DNA from: Thermoproteota archaeon
GTDB lineage: Archaea; Thermoproteota; Thermoprotei; Thermofilales; B9-G17
Direction: 5' to 3'
Assembly (NCBI GenBank): GCA_029258885.1
Contig: JAPDJW010000002.1
Span: forward strand, 1-64,000
Length of the DNA stretch: 64,000 nt
In this document: positions 1 through 8,990 of the stretch, one piece after another
How positions within the stretch are numbered: position 1 is the stretch's first letter
Layout of the letters: each line of letters starts with the position of its first letter
Position numbers and translations under genes: made by a program
The notes under the pieces: model-generated
Seen by the model: only the letters and a program-made list of their open reading frames with translations
The model's database searches: none
What the model was told of the DNA's origin: nothing

Positions 1-120
1 GGAATAGTTGTAGTAGCTATTATAGCTATTGCGGCTGCCGCCCTGCTTTTAGCTTTTAGGAAAAAGCCTCCTCCTCAACCTCCTCCACCACCGCCCCCGC
101 CTCCTGATGAGTGGTATTGA
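1..120 (+). CDS. 3' end of a membrane-anchored surface protein (partial); paralog of 1419..4172
   Basis: Frame 1 reads GIVVVAIIAIAAAALLLAFRKKPPPQPPPPPPPPPDEWY-stop, identical to the C-terminus of the 917-aa ORF. Confidence 0.85.
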   Translation, partial: GIVVVAIIAIAAAALLLAFRKKPPPQPPPPPPPPPDEWY

Positions 121-127
121 AGTTATT
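1..127 (+). repeat. 127-bp exact direct repeat, copy 1 (copy 2 at 4053..4179)
   Basis: Base-by-base identity at offset 4052, ending 7 nt after the TGA stop. Confidence 0.95.
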
Positions 128-349
128 GAAAAGAAGCATAGGATACTTAAGGTCTTAAGTGAGCTTGAAAAGGCTGTATAGTTAGAGTGAGATTAACTAT
201 TCCATATATGTATAGGCTTGAGGAAGGATATAATACATATCGGGTTAGATCAGACGGCTGAATTATTACTTTATCAATAGCCTTCGATAATGTAAACATC
301 GGCGGAGTTAAACAATCCTAGTTAAAAGCCTTTTATTTTATTTCAACTA

Positions 350-772
350 CTAGATCTTAGGAATATGTGGGGGCAAAATTGTAATTCCGTGCTTTTGAGC
401 CTGGCTTCTAAGCTTTCTATCATAGGATGCTATTGGGAGTTTTCCTTCTAATGCTATCTGAATCAGTACTTTATCATTAAATCTCGATAGTGATATATTC
501 TCATCCAGGATTAATGATAGGGCGGATAGTATTATCTTCCCTGTTTCAGCGACTACTCTTGTCCTCTCCGATTCCATGTATTCTAATACCTTATCATACA
601 CATCCTTTGCACTTACTCCCAGCCCCTTCATGAACCATACGTATTCATATAGGACAATTAAGGGCAAATACCATATATTCAAGCTATCTAGAAGCTTCCT
701 GGCATCCCTATGAAATATTGAATCCTCGAAGGTATCGTAGATTAATACGTTAGTATCTATTAGAGCCTTCAT
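350..772 (-). CDS. vapC: PIN-domain VapC-family toxin
   Basis: N-terminal ALIDTNVL, internal E (VLYEY), LNDK-like SRFNDK and SYDRKL motifs; overlaps the upstream AbrB gene by 4 nt. Confidence 0.9.
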   Translation of the reverse strand: MKALIDTNVLIYDTFEDSIFHRDARKLLDSLNIWYLPLIVLYEYVWFMKGLGVSAKDVYDKVLEYMESERTRVVAETGKIILSALSLILDENISLSRFNDKVLIQIALEGKLPIASYDRKLRSQAQKHGITILPPHIPKI

Positions 773-996
773 GCTAGGGTTTCACCCAAGCCTTTCTCGA
801 TAATACGCTCAATTTCCTCGGGAGTAAGTTTTCTCCCAGCTTTTAGCGTCTTCCTCTTCCTCTCAACCTTAACCATAATAATTCTACCCCTATCATCCAG
901 CAGAACCTCTAAGTAATCTCCCTCCCTCAAACCTATTTTATTCCGAATCTCCACAGGAATGGTAACCTGAAAATTCCTAGTAACCTTAACCCTCAT
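769..996 (-). CDS. vapB: AbrB/MazE/SpoVT-family antitoxin
   Basis: KVTRNFQVTIPVEIRNKIGLREGDYLEV swapped-hairpin signature; directly upstream of the PIN gene. Confidence 0.9.
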   Translation of the reverse strand: MRVKVTRNFQVTIPVEIRNKIGLREGDYLEVLLDDRGRIIMVKVERKRKTLKAGRKLTPEEIERIIEKGLGETLA

Positions 997-1038
997 AGTA
1001 GAGAAGATTAAATAGTAATATATAAAAGTTTCTAGTAA
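978..1038 (-). promoter_or_regulatory. Iterated TAGTAR boxes, putative antitoxin operator
   Basis: TAGTAA at 978, TAGTAG at 996, TAGTAA at 1013 and 1033 (17-20 bp spacing), spanning the promoter and first codons of the antitoxin gene. Confidence 0.4.
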
Positions 1039-1418
1039 TCATAATACTACAGCTAAAGATTTATCAAAACAACTTATTATATATGCAGAAATACTTCAAG
1101 CCTTCCTCTTAATTGTGTTCTAGCAACACATCTACAGATTAATCTAAGCCATTGAAATATTACAATGCCAAAGTTGGTTATGAACTAATTATGTACTTAT
1201 GAAGCTGTAAGTACTATAATTGACATTATACAAAGCTTAATTGAGCTAGATATTTCCAGTAGCCTCAGTTTAAGCAGTATTTATCTCAGCATTTACAGTA
1301 AAGAATTAACTTCGTTACAATTAATTCTTCATTAACACTCTAAAAAAATAAGAAAACAAAAACAAGAATAAATATATATAATAAGAATATAACATTATAA
1401 TGCAGAGGGAGATAAAAT

Positions 1419-4172
1419 ATGTTTAAAAATGTAAAAATTTACCTATTAATAACCTTAATTATAGCCACGCCATTTTATACAGTTCAAGCTCAGCCAAAAC
1501 CTAAGTGGACTACGGGAACCATGGGAACAGCCACATCATTAAGCTGGTACGACGGGCTACTAGCAGCAGGAACAACAGGAAAACACATATTAGTATTCAA
1601 TACAGATGGCAACCTAAAATGGAAATATGAGACGGGAGGACGGATTAAAAGCGTTACGTGGAATGGCGATGGATTGCTAGCAGCAGGAAGCGATGACTGC
1701 TATGTTTATGTTTTTGATGCAGATGGCAACCTAAAATGGAAATATGAGACGGGAGGCGGGATTAAAAGCGTTACGTGGAGTAGCGATGGATTGCTTGCGG
1801 CAGGAAGCGATGACTGCTATGTTTATGTTTTTGATGCAGATGGCAACCTAAAATGGAAATATGAGACGGGAGGCCCGGTTGAAAGCGTTGCATGGAGTAG
1901 CGATGAATTGCTTGCGGCAGGAAGCTGGGACGAGCATGTTTATGTTTTTGATGCAGAGGGCAACCTAAAATGGAAATACATGACAGAAGGCTTGGTTTAT
2001 CGCTTTGCGTGGAGTAGCGATGGATTGCTAGCAGCAGGATGCGGTTGCTATGTTTATGTTTTTGATGCAGAGGGCAACCTAAAATGGAAATACATGACAG
2101 AAGGCGGGATTGAAAGCGTTGCATGGAGTAGCGATGGATTGCTAGCAGCTGCCTCCTACTACTATGTTTATGTTTTTAATGCAGAGGGCAACCTAAAATG
2201 GAAATACATGACAGAAGACTCGGTTTGGTGCGTTGCGTGGAGTAGCGATGGATTGCTTGCGGCGGGAAGCGATGACTGCTATGTTTATGTTTTTAATGCA
2301 GAGGGCAACCTAAAATGGAAATACAAAACAAAATGGTGGATTAGAAGCGTTGCATGGAGTAGCGATGGATTGCTTGCGGCAGGAAGCTATGACTGGCATG
2401 TTTATGTTTTTGATGCAGACGGCAACCTAAAATGGAAATATGAGACGGGAGGCGGGATTAAAAGCATTGTATGGAGTAGCGATGGATTGCTAGCAGCAGG
2501 AAGCGATGGCTGCTATGTTTATGTTTTTAATGCAGAGGGCAACCTAAAATGGAAATACGAGGCGGGAGGCCCAGTTGGAAGCGTTACGTGGAGTAGCGAT
2601 GGATTGCTAGCAGCAGGAAGCGATGACTGCTATGTTTATGTTTTTAATGCAGAGGGCAACCTAAAATGGAAATACAAAACAAAATGGTGGATTAGAAGCG
2701 TTGCATGGAGTAGCGATGGATTGCTTGCGGCGGGAAGCTATGACGGGCATGTTTATGTTTTTGATGCAGATGGCAACCTAAAATGGAAATATGAAACAGG
2801 AGGGGTTGAAAGCGTTGCATGGAGTAGCGATGGATTGCTAGCAGCAGGATGCGGTTATGTTTATGTTTTTGATGCAGAGGGCAACCTAAAATGGAAATAC
2901 ATGACAGAAGGCGGGATTGAAAGCGTTACGTGGAATGGCGATGGATTGCTTGCGGCGGGAAGCGATGACGGGCATGTTTATGTTTTTGATGCAGATGGCA
3001 ACCTAAAATGGAAATATGAAACAGGAGGCTGGGTTAGATGCGTTGCATGGAGTAGCGATGGATTGCTTGCGGCAGGAAGCTGGGACGGGCATGTTTATGT
3101 TTTTGATGCAGACGGCAACCTAAAATGGAAATATGATACGAGAAGCTCGATTGAAAGCGTAGCGTGGAGTAGCGATGGATTGCTAGCAGCAGGGGGCGGC
3201 TGCTATGTTTATGTTTTTGATGCAGACGGCAACCTAAAATGGAAATATGATACGAGAGGCTCAGTTGAAAGCGTAGCGTGGGGTGGTAACATGTTGGCTG
3301 TAGGAGGTGTTGGTTTGTATGTTTTTGCTTATGCTTCTGTCTATACTTTGGCTTTTAGTAATGTTTTTGATGACTTCTATTTCTATGTTGACAATGTTAA
3401 GTATTATGGAAACAGTACTGCTTTGGGCACTGGATGCTTTGAGGTTGCTGTTGAGGAGGTATATTTATTTGATAATGTTAGGTATATATTTACTGGATGG
3501 AGCGATGGAGTATTAACTCCGAATAGAACCGTATGCCTGGAGGAAGATATAACTTTGTATCCGATGTTTAAGAAGCAGTACTACGTAGATGCTTATAGCG
3601 AGTATGGGATGGTGACTGGCGCAGGATGGTATGATGAGAGCTCCACGGCTACGGTAGCGGTTGCTACGGTGGAGATAAATTATGGTAATGGCACTAGAAG
3701 GGTATTTAGCTACTGGCTGGCTGATGGAGTATATGCGTCCTCGTCCTCGCCTTACAGCTTTACGGTGGATAAGCCGTATACTATTGAAGCTGTTTGGAAG
3801 AAGCAGTACTACGTAGACGTTCATAGTAAATATGGGACGATAACCGGTGCTGGATGGTATGATGAAGGCTCCACGGCTACAGTATCTGTATCGGAGACAG
3901 CTGTAAGCGGTTTGCTGTTTAATGGGATCTTTGAGGGGTGGATGGATGAAAGCGGCTATATTGTATCTAGATCGCCTACGTACACGTTTACTGTAGATAA
4001 GCCTGTAACGCTTACCGCTGTATGGAGGGAGGAGCTAAACTTAATGTTTGCGGGAATAGTTGTAGTAGCTATTATAGCTATTGCGGCTGCCGCCCTGCTT
4101 TTAGCTTTTAGGAAAAAGCCTCCTCCTCAACCTCCTCCACCACCGCCCCCGCCTCCTGATGAGTGGTATTGA
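1419..4172 (+). CDS. Secreted, membrane-anchored WD40/PQQ-like beta-propeller protein (16 blades) with two InlB-B-like stalk repeats, C-terminal TM helix and polyproline tail
   Basis: Signal peptide; 15 LKWKY motifs spaced by about 39 aa; two KKQYYVD..GAGWYDE repeats; TM segment then RKKPPP..DEWY. Confidence 0.9.
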   Translation: MFKNVKIYLLITLIIATPFYTVQAQPKPKWTTGTMGTATSLSWYDGLLAAGTTGKHILVFNTDGNLKWKYETGGRIKSVTWNGDGLLAAGSDDCYVYVFDADGNLKWKYETGGGIKSVTWSSDGLLAAGSDDCYVYVFDADGNLKWKYETGGPVESVAWSSDELLAAGSWDEHVYVFDAEGNLKWKYMTEGLVYRFAWSSDGLLAAGCGCYVYVFDAEGNLKWKYMTEGGIESVAWSSDGLLAAASYYYVYVFNAEGNLKWKYMTEDSVWCVAWSSDGLLAAGSDDCYVYVFNAEGNLKWKYKTKWWIRSVAWSSDGLLAAGSYDWHVYVFDADGNLKWKYETGGGIKSIVWSSDGLLAAGSDGCYVYVFNAEGNLKWKYEAGGPVGSVTWSSDGLLAAGSDDCYVYVFNAEGNLKWKYKTKWWIRSVAWSSDGLLAAGSYDGHVYVFDADGNLKWKYETGGVESVAWSSDGLLAAGCGYVYVFDAEGNLKWKYMTEGGIESVTWNGDGLLAAGSDDGHVYVFDADGNLKWKYETGGWVRCVAWSSDGLLAAGSWDGHVYVFDADGNLKWKYDTRSSIESVAWSSDGLLAAGGGCYVYVFDADGNLKWKYDTRGSVESVAWGGNMLAVGGVGLYVFAYASVYTLAFSNVFDDFYFYVDNVKYYGNSTALGTGCFEVAVEEVYLFDNVRYIFTGWSDGVLTPNRTVCLEEDITLYPMFKKQYYVDAYSEYGMVTGAGWYDESSTATVAVATVEINYGNGTRRVFSYWLADGVYASSSSPYSFTVDKPYTIEAVWKKQYYVDVHSKYGTITGAGWYDEGSTATVSVSETAVSGLLFNGIFEGWMDESGYIVSRSPTYTFTVDKPVTLTAVWREELNLMFAGIVVVAIIAIAAAALLLAFRKKPPPQPPPPPPPPPDEWY
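1608..3290 (+). repeat. Intragenic tandem array of about 117-bp repeats (some 108-114 bp)
   Basis: Invariant GGCAACCTAAAATGGAAATA occurs 15 times; variable blocks lie between invariant blocks. Confidence 0.95.
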
Positions 4173-4179
4173 AGTTATT
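4053..4179 (+). repeat. 127-bp exact direct repeat, copy 2
   Basis: Identical to 1..127. Confidence 0.95.
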
Positions 4180-4364
4180 AATGGTAGGTGTGGAAGCCCT
4201 AGGTATAATTTAAAATGTTTAGTTATTTTTGTAACAGGTTAAGTAGTATAGTTTTGTTTTACTGCGTCTGGCGATCTTAAGGTTTTATCTCTGATTTTGG
4301 CTGGAACTCTTTTTTTAAGAGTTTCTATATATTTTAAATATTTCTTTGGAATATATTATTCGGG

Positions 4365-5303
4365 ATGCTTATGAAGACGGCTGTTGTAGTTGATGGGGTT
4401 ACTAAGTATTTTGGGGATGAGAGGACGCTGGATAATGTTAGCTTGGAGATTAGGGAGGGGGAGATCCTCGTTTTGCTTGGTCCTAACGGCTCTGGGAAGA
4501 CTACTTTAATGAGGTGTATTGTGGGTGTTTTGAGGCCGAATAGGGGTAGGGTGCTTGTGTATGGTAGGGAGCCGTACAACGACCTCGATGTTAAGGGGTT
4601 GATAGGTTACGTGCCTCAGGAGCACTATCTCTATGAGAATCTTACGGGGTTTGAGAATTACCTTTACTATGCTGCTCTGGAGGGTGTTGACGATAGGACC
4701 GCCCTAGAGAGGCTTGAGAGGTTTAAGGATATTTTTGATTTGGGTGAATGGTTCTATAAGAAGAAGCTGAAGACCTACTCGGGCGGTATGATTAGGAAGA
4801 CGAATATTGTTGTGGCGCTTAGCCACGACCCTAAGGTTTTTGTTATGGATGAGCCTACGGCTGGTCTTGATCCGAATGCTCGTAGGGGGCTTTGGGATAC
4901 GATATTGAAGCTTAGGGAGGAGGATCGGACGATCATTTTGGCTACGCACCTCTTTGAGGATGCTGAGGTGCTGGCGGATAGGGTCGTTATAATGTATAGG
5001 GGGCGTATAAGGGAGGTTGATGAGGTGGAGGCTTTAAAGGAGAAGGTTGGCTATAAATTTGCCGTTGAGGTTGAGTTTGCAAGTGAGCCTAGTGAGGATG
5101 CTAGGAGGGTTGTTGAAAGCTACGATGGCTCTAGGGTGCTTCGTGTCGGCTACACGTATAGGATATTGACTAATGATGCTAAGCTTGTTGAGAGGCTTGA
5201 GGAGGATCTTCGGAATGTGAAGTCTAGGATTTTACGTCTTGAGGCCCGTAGAATCTCCCTAGGTGATGTATACTTCCTGCTAACGGGGGTGATGTTGAAG
5301 TGA
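4365..5303 (+). CDS. ABC transporter ATP-binding protein (multidrug/ABC-2 type)
   Basis: Walker A GPNGSGKT, signature YSGGM, Walker B VMDEPT, H-loop ATH. Confidence 0.92.
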   Translation: MLMKTAVVVDGVTKYFGDERTLDNVSLEIREGEILVLLGPNGSGKTTLMRCIVGVLRPNRGRVLVYGREPYNDLDVKGLIGYVPQEHYLYENLTGFENYLYYAALEGVDDRTALERLERFKDIFDLGEWFYKKKLKTYSGGMIRKTNIVVALSHDPKVFVMDEPTAGLDPNARRGLWDTILKLREEDRTIILATHLFEDAEVLADRVVIMYRGRIREVDEVEALKEKVGYKFAVEVEFASEPSEDARRVVESYDGSRVLRVGYTYRILTNDAKLVERLEEDLRNVKSRILRLEARRISLGDVYFLLTGVMLK

Positions 5304-6613
5304 GGGGTAGGACTATCTATCGTATGGTTGTATCCTATCTTAAGATGAGCTTTAGGGATAAGACGGTATTGTTTTGGAGCGTTATGTTCCCGCTGCTACT
5401 TTTGACGTTTATAGTGTTTCTCTTCGCTCCCAAACCCGTTGGAGAACAGGCTACAGTAAAGACTGTTAGTGTAATGGTCGTACCAGCTAGACAGACTAGT
5501 GATCTTATAGAGCTTGCTAAAGAGTACGTGAAGTACATGAATTTAACGGAGTTTAATGGTCAGAAGGTCTTTATAGCCGAGGTTGCTAACGTAGCTCTTG
5601 ATGTAGCGGTTGAAATGCTTAGGAACGGGAGCTGCGATGTTGTGCTTTATCTTCCAGAGGATGCAGTTGATGAAATGCGTGATTTTACCGTAGTGGCTAA
5701 GGTATATGTTTTAACGGGGACGCCTAACATCGTGGAGGAGCAGATGAATGAGATGCTTATAGTGAACTTCCTTCATCAGACGGGAATGTACCTCATTCAC
5801 GGAGTTGTTGACTACGCTGTAACGCCGATAATTTCAAACAGCAGTAAGATAATACGTGTTGAGCCGAGGCTGGCGGAATCCATAGGGATTCTAAGGGTCG
5901 TTAAGGAGGTTATGTGGAATAATACTAAGGTGGAGGTCGTTAGAGTTAAGCCTAAGGGTGCTGAGGAAGGAGATATAAGGCCTTACGTTATAGGCTGGAT
6001 GACAGTATCAGTTATATTTATGCAGTACATGTTCAGCGGAATACTGGGCGGAGCGTCCTCCACATCAAGGATGTTTGAGAAGAGGTATCTGGAGAGGATA
6101 TTCTCTACTAGGGTTTCCCCAATGGAGATATTCGTCGGCCTACTTATATCCTGGATAGCATCATTGACGGTGCCTACGATGGTATGTCTTGCATGGGGTA
6201 TTCTAGTGCTTGGAGCAAAGTTTACAATAACGCCTCTAAGCCCAGAGTTCCCAGTAGTAGTATTGCTCGTCCTGATTGGAGCTATCTTGTCGATATCCAT
6301 AGGTCTACTGGTGGGGCTACTTGTTAGATCGACTGAGGCTGCCAGCGTGGTAGCTAACCTCATAGTGTGGCCCTCGATGATGCTCGGAGGCTTCTGGCTG
6401 CCAAGATTTATGCTACCGGAGTTTGCTAGGGTAATCTCGGAGATTCATCCCCTCTCGATGCTCCTATACTCTACCGTGGATATAGCCCTCTATAAGCGCC
6501 CGTTAACGGCTATACTTGTTCCAGCAGTAACAGCAACTGTAGTAACTGTCGTAGCCCTTACGTTGTCGTCGATACTATATAGGCGGAGGGTTACAAAATA
6601 CCTTGAAAGGTGA
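5300..6613 (+). CDS. ABC-2 type permease
   Basis: One N-terminal TM, a large extracellular loop and five C-terminal TMs; GGFWLP motif; GTGA overlap with the ATPase gene. Confidence 0.88.
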   Translation: MRGRTIYRMVVSYLKMSFRDKTVLFWSVMFPLLLLTFIVFLFAPKPVGEQATVKTVSVMVVPARQTSDLIELAKEYVKYMNLTEFNGQKVFIAEVANVALDVAVEMLRNGSCDVVLYLPEDAVDEMRDFTVVAKVYVLTGTPNIVEEQMNEMLIVNFLHQTGMYLIHGVVDYAVTPIISNSSKIIRVEPRLAESIGILRVVKEVMWNNTKVEVVRVKPKGAEEGDIRPYVIGWMTVSVIFMQYMFSGILGGASSTSRMFEKRYLERIFSTRVSPMEIFVGLLISWIASLTVPTMVCLAWGILVLGAKFTITPLSPEFPVVVLLVLIGAILSISIGLLVGLLVRSTEAASVVANLIVWPSMMLGGFWLPRFMLPEFARVISEIHPLSMLLYSTVDIALYKRPLTAILVPAVTATVVTVVALTLSSILYRRRVTKYLER

Positions 6614-7284
6614 GGAGCTTGGAGAAGGTTGAGAAAGTTCTCGAGGATTATAGGAGCTTAGGGAGGCTAGCGGTTAAGATAATAGCTTACAGATTTAGAA
6701 TATTTACATCCGTTATAGTCCTCTCCATAAACTCTATTTTTTCAGCAATGTATCTAACCATAGGGTTGCTGGAGAAGGCAGGTAGCCTACCTAGACTACC
6801 GATTCTCGATATATTCTTCTGGATAATACCTTTCATGCTAACTCTTCTGTTAGTCTTCATCCTATTCGGGATATTTAAGCGGGCATTCCTAGAGATTCCT
6901 AAGCTCATAAAGCCTAGGGAGAAAGTTAGGATAAATGTGGGTCTAGTATTCTCAATAGCATATAGCTTACCGTTCCTTATAGTATATATTGCTGCTCCGC
7001 CTCTCCCGTTCTGGGATGAGTATGCATGGTACTATGCACTCCTAGTAGGTTCGTTAATAGTCACGTTATTCTACGAGAGGCCTCTCTCGAGGGCGTACCC
7101 TGAACTTTCGATAAAGATATTCTACACTATCACGGTACTGCTACTGCTGTTTTCTCCTATACCAGTAGCATTAACCACGCTTGGAATAGGGGGGCTTGCA
7201 TCGATAGCTTCATCACTGATAACGACCATATGTTACCTTGTTTCCGCTCTTAGGGAGATATATAGAGCGGAGAGGCTTACATGA
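6610..7284 (+). CDS. Multi-pass membrane protein, unknown function
   Basis: About six hydrophobic helices; translationally coupled within the ABC operon. Confidence 0.75.
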   Translation: MRSLEKVEKVLEDYRSLGRLAVKIIAYRFRIFTSVIVLSINSIFSAMYLTIGLLEKAGSLPRLPILDIFFWIIPFMLTLLLVFILFGIFKRAFLEIPKLIKPREKVRINVGLVFSIAYSLPFLIVYIAAPPLPFWDEYAWYYALLVGSLIVTLFYERPLSRAYPELSIKIFYTITVLLLLFSPIPVALTTLGIGGLASIASSLITTICYLVSALREIYRAERLT

Positions 7285-7601
7285 GCGAGATAGTAAGGGT
7301 CGTCGCACGCCTAGATCCAGTGCTTAGACACCCCACTCGATTTAGCATAGTTACCATACTCATTACAACAGGTCCTAAGACTATGGGGGAGATAGCCAAA
7401 ATACTAGATATAGATTGGGGGCCCTTGAGCACGCATGTCGAGCGGTTGAAGGAGGAAGGCTATATTAAGGCTAAAAGGGGGATAACTATGAAAGGGCCGA
7501 GAACCTTCCTTATCTTAACCGATAAGGGCGTTAGAAAGTATTATGAATACCTAGATACGCTTGAGGAGATATTGAAGAAGATAAAAGGTACCGAAAGATA
7601 G
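7281..7601 (+). CDS. Winged-helix transcriptional regulator (ArsR/MarR-like)
   Basis: LRHPTRFSIVTIL..LSTHVERLKEEGYI..LTDKG pattern. Confidence 0.85.
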   Translation: MSEIVRVVARLDPVLRHPTRFSIVTILITTGPKTMGEIAKILDIDWGPLSTHVERLKEEGYIKAKRGITMKGPRTFLILTDKGVRKYYEYLDTLEEILKKIKGTER

Positions 7602-7689
7602 CTGAAGCATACCTAGAATCTATAGTAATGTTTAATAATTGACTTTTGACAATATTTTAAGTCGATAGAAGGATGCTAGTGACGTATCT

Positions 7690-7896
7690 ATGGTTGATGT
7701 TGTTGTCGATATTTTCGGTAGGGAGAAGAGGAAGCTCTCGGTTAGGAAGGGTATTAGGATAGTTAGTTTACTTGAGATGCTTAATATTATTCCCGAGGAA
7801 GTTGTCGTGGTAGTTGATGGGGAGATTACTCCCGAGGATGAGAGGATAACTAGGGACTGCGTTATCGAATTACTGCCCGTTGTTTCGGGCGGATAA
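7690..7896 (+). CDS. ThiS/MoaD ubiquitin-like sulfur carrier (TtuB-like)
   Basis: 68 aa ending VVSGG; adjacent to TtuA. Confidence 0.88.
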   Translation: MVDVVVDIFGREKRKLSVRKGIRIVSLLEMLNIIPEEVVVVVDGEITPEDERITRDCVIELLPVVSGG

Positions 7897-7907
7897 GTTG
7901 ATGCCCT

Positions 7908-8852
7908 ATGTACACTTGTGGGATATGTGGTGAAAGAGCTAATATCGTCTTAAAGGCTAGGAATCTTAGTTTATGCTCTAAGTGTTTCGTTGAATGGTTC
8001 GAGGATAATGTTAGGGAGAATATTATTAAGTGGGATATGGTTAGGAGGGGGGATGTCGTAGCTGTAGCTACTTCCGGGGGTAAGGATAGCTTAACCACGC
8101 TGTATTTAATGAACAAAATGGCTAGGGACTTCAGTATTAGGGTTTTAGGTCTTCACGTTAATGAGGGGATTAAGGGCTATAGGGAATTCAAGCTTAAGGC
8201 CCTCATCGATTTCTGTAGGAAACACGATATTGAGCTTCACATCGTTAGTTTTAAGGAGTACTTTGGATATGCCTTGGATGAAATGATCGAGAAGGCTAGG
8301 AGTAGGGGTAAGATGGTTTATAAGCCATGTACTATCTGTGGAGTGTTTAGGAGGTACCTAATTAATCTCTACGCTAGAAAACTGGGAGCCACTAAAGTTG
8401 CTACTGGACATAACCTGGATGATGAAGTGCAAGTGTTCATCATGAATATATTCAATAATAATATGATGAATATTGCAAGAGAGAAGGCTGTAACTGGCAT
8501 AGCCTTCAGCCCCAAGTTCGTCCCAAGGATAAAGCCCCTCTACTCCCTCTATGAAAAGGAGGTTGTAATGTATGCCTACCTTAAAGGCATAAGAACACCG
8601 CACGTGGAGTGCCCCTATGTCATATACTCCTCAAGACATCTAATTAGGCATATGATTAATGAACTTGAGTATTTAAACCCTGGATTCAAGCTAAAGCTGC
8701 TTGAAGCTAAGGAGAAAGCTCAAAGGATGCTCTCGAGGGAGTACAGCAGATACATGGTTGTCGGGGAATGCAAGATCTGTGGCGAACCCTCCTCTGGAGA
8801 CATTTGCAAGGCATGCCAGCTACGTAGCTATCTTTCAAATATTTCTGTTTAG
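7908..8852 (+). CDS. ttuA: tRNA 2-thiouridine synthase, TtuA/Ncs6 family
   Basis: N- and C-terminal Zn fingers, PP-loop SGGKDS, CxxC (PCTICG), GHNLDD, ECPY. Confidence 0.9.
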   Translation: MYTCGICGERANIVLKARNLSLCSKCFVEWFEDNVRENIIKWDMVRRGDVVAVATSGGKDSLTTLYLMNKMARDFSIRVLGLHVNEGIKGYREFKLKALIDFCRKHDIELHIVSFKEYFGYALDEMIEKARSRGKMVYKPCTICGVFRRYLINLYARKLGATKVATGHNLDDEVQVFIMNIFNNNMMNIAREKAVTGIAFSPKFVPRIKPLYSLYEKEVVMYAYLKGIRTPHVECPYVIYSSRHLIRHMINELEYLNPGFKLKLLEAKEKAQRMLSREYSRYMVVGECKICGEPSSGDICKACQLRSYLSNISV

Positions 8853-8990
8853 GATAGTTCAGAATTCTTTAATCTGGCTCTCGCAGTTTAAGCTCATGGC
8901 TTTTCGTTTTAGGTAATGTTTATTAACGAGACAATACTATCTTGAAATGCTTTCCGTACCTACCGTTATGCTAGGTTTGTACGGATTACT

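Noticed and set aside
1771-2124. Antisense ORF, and the many other ORFs nested in real genes (e.g. 4334, 5983, 13870, 15021, 22170, 53940, 56774)
   Set aside because: Shadow frames of well-supported genes with no motifs of their own.
1608-3290. Tandem repeats as a CRISPR array or a diversity-generating retroelement
   Set aside because: The repeats lie inside one open frame and there are no unique spacers or cas genes. There is no RT or template repeat in the window, and T/C variants plus invariant A-rich codons do not fit strict A-to-N mutagenesis.
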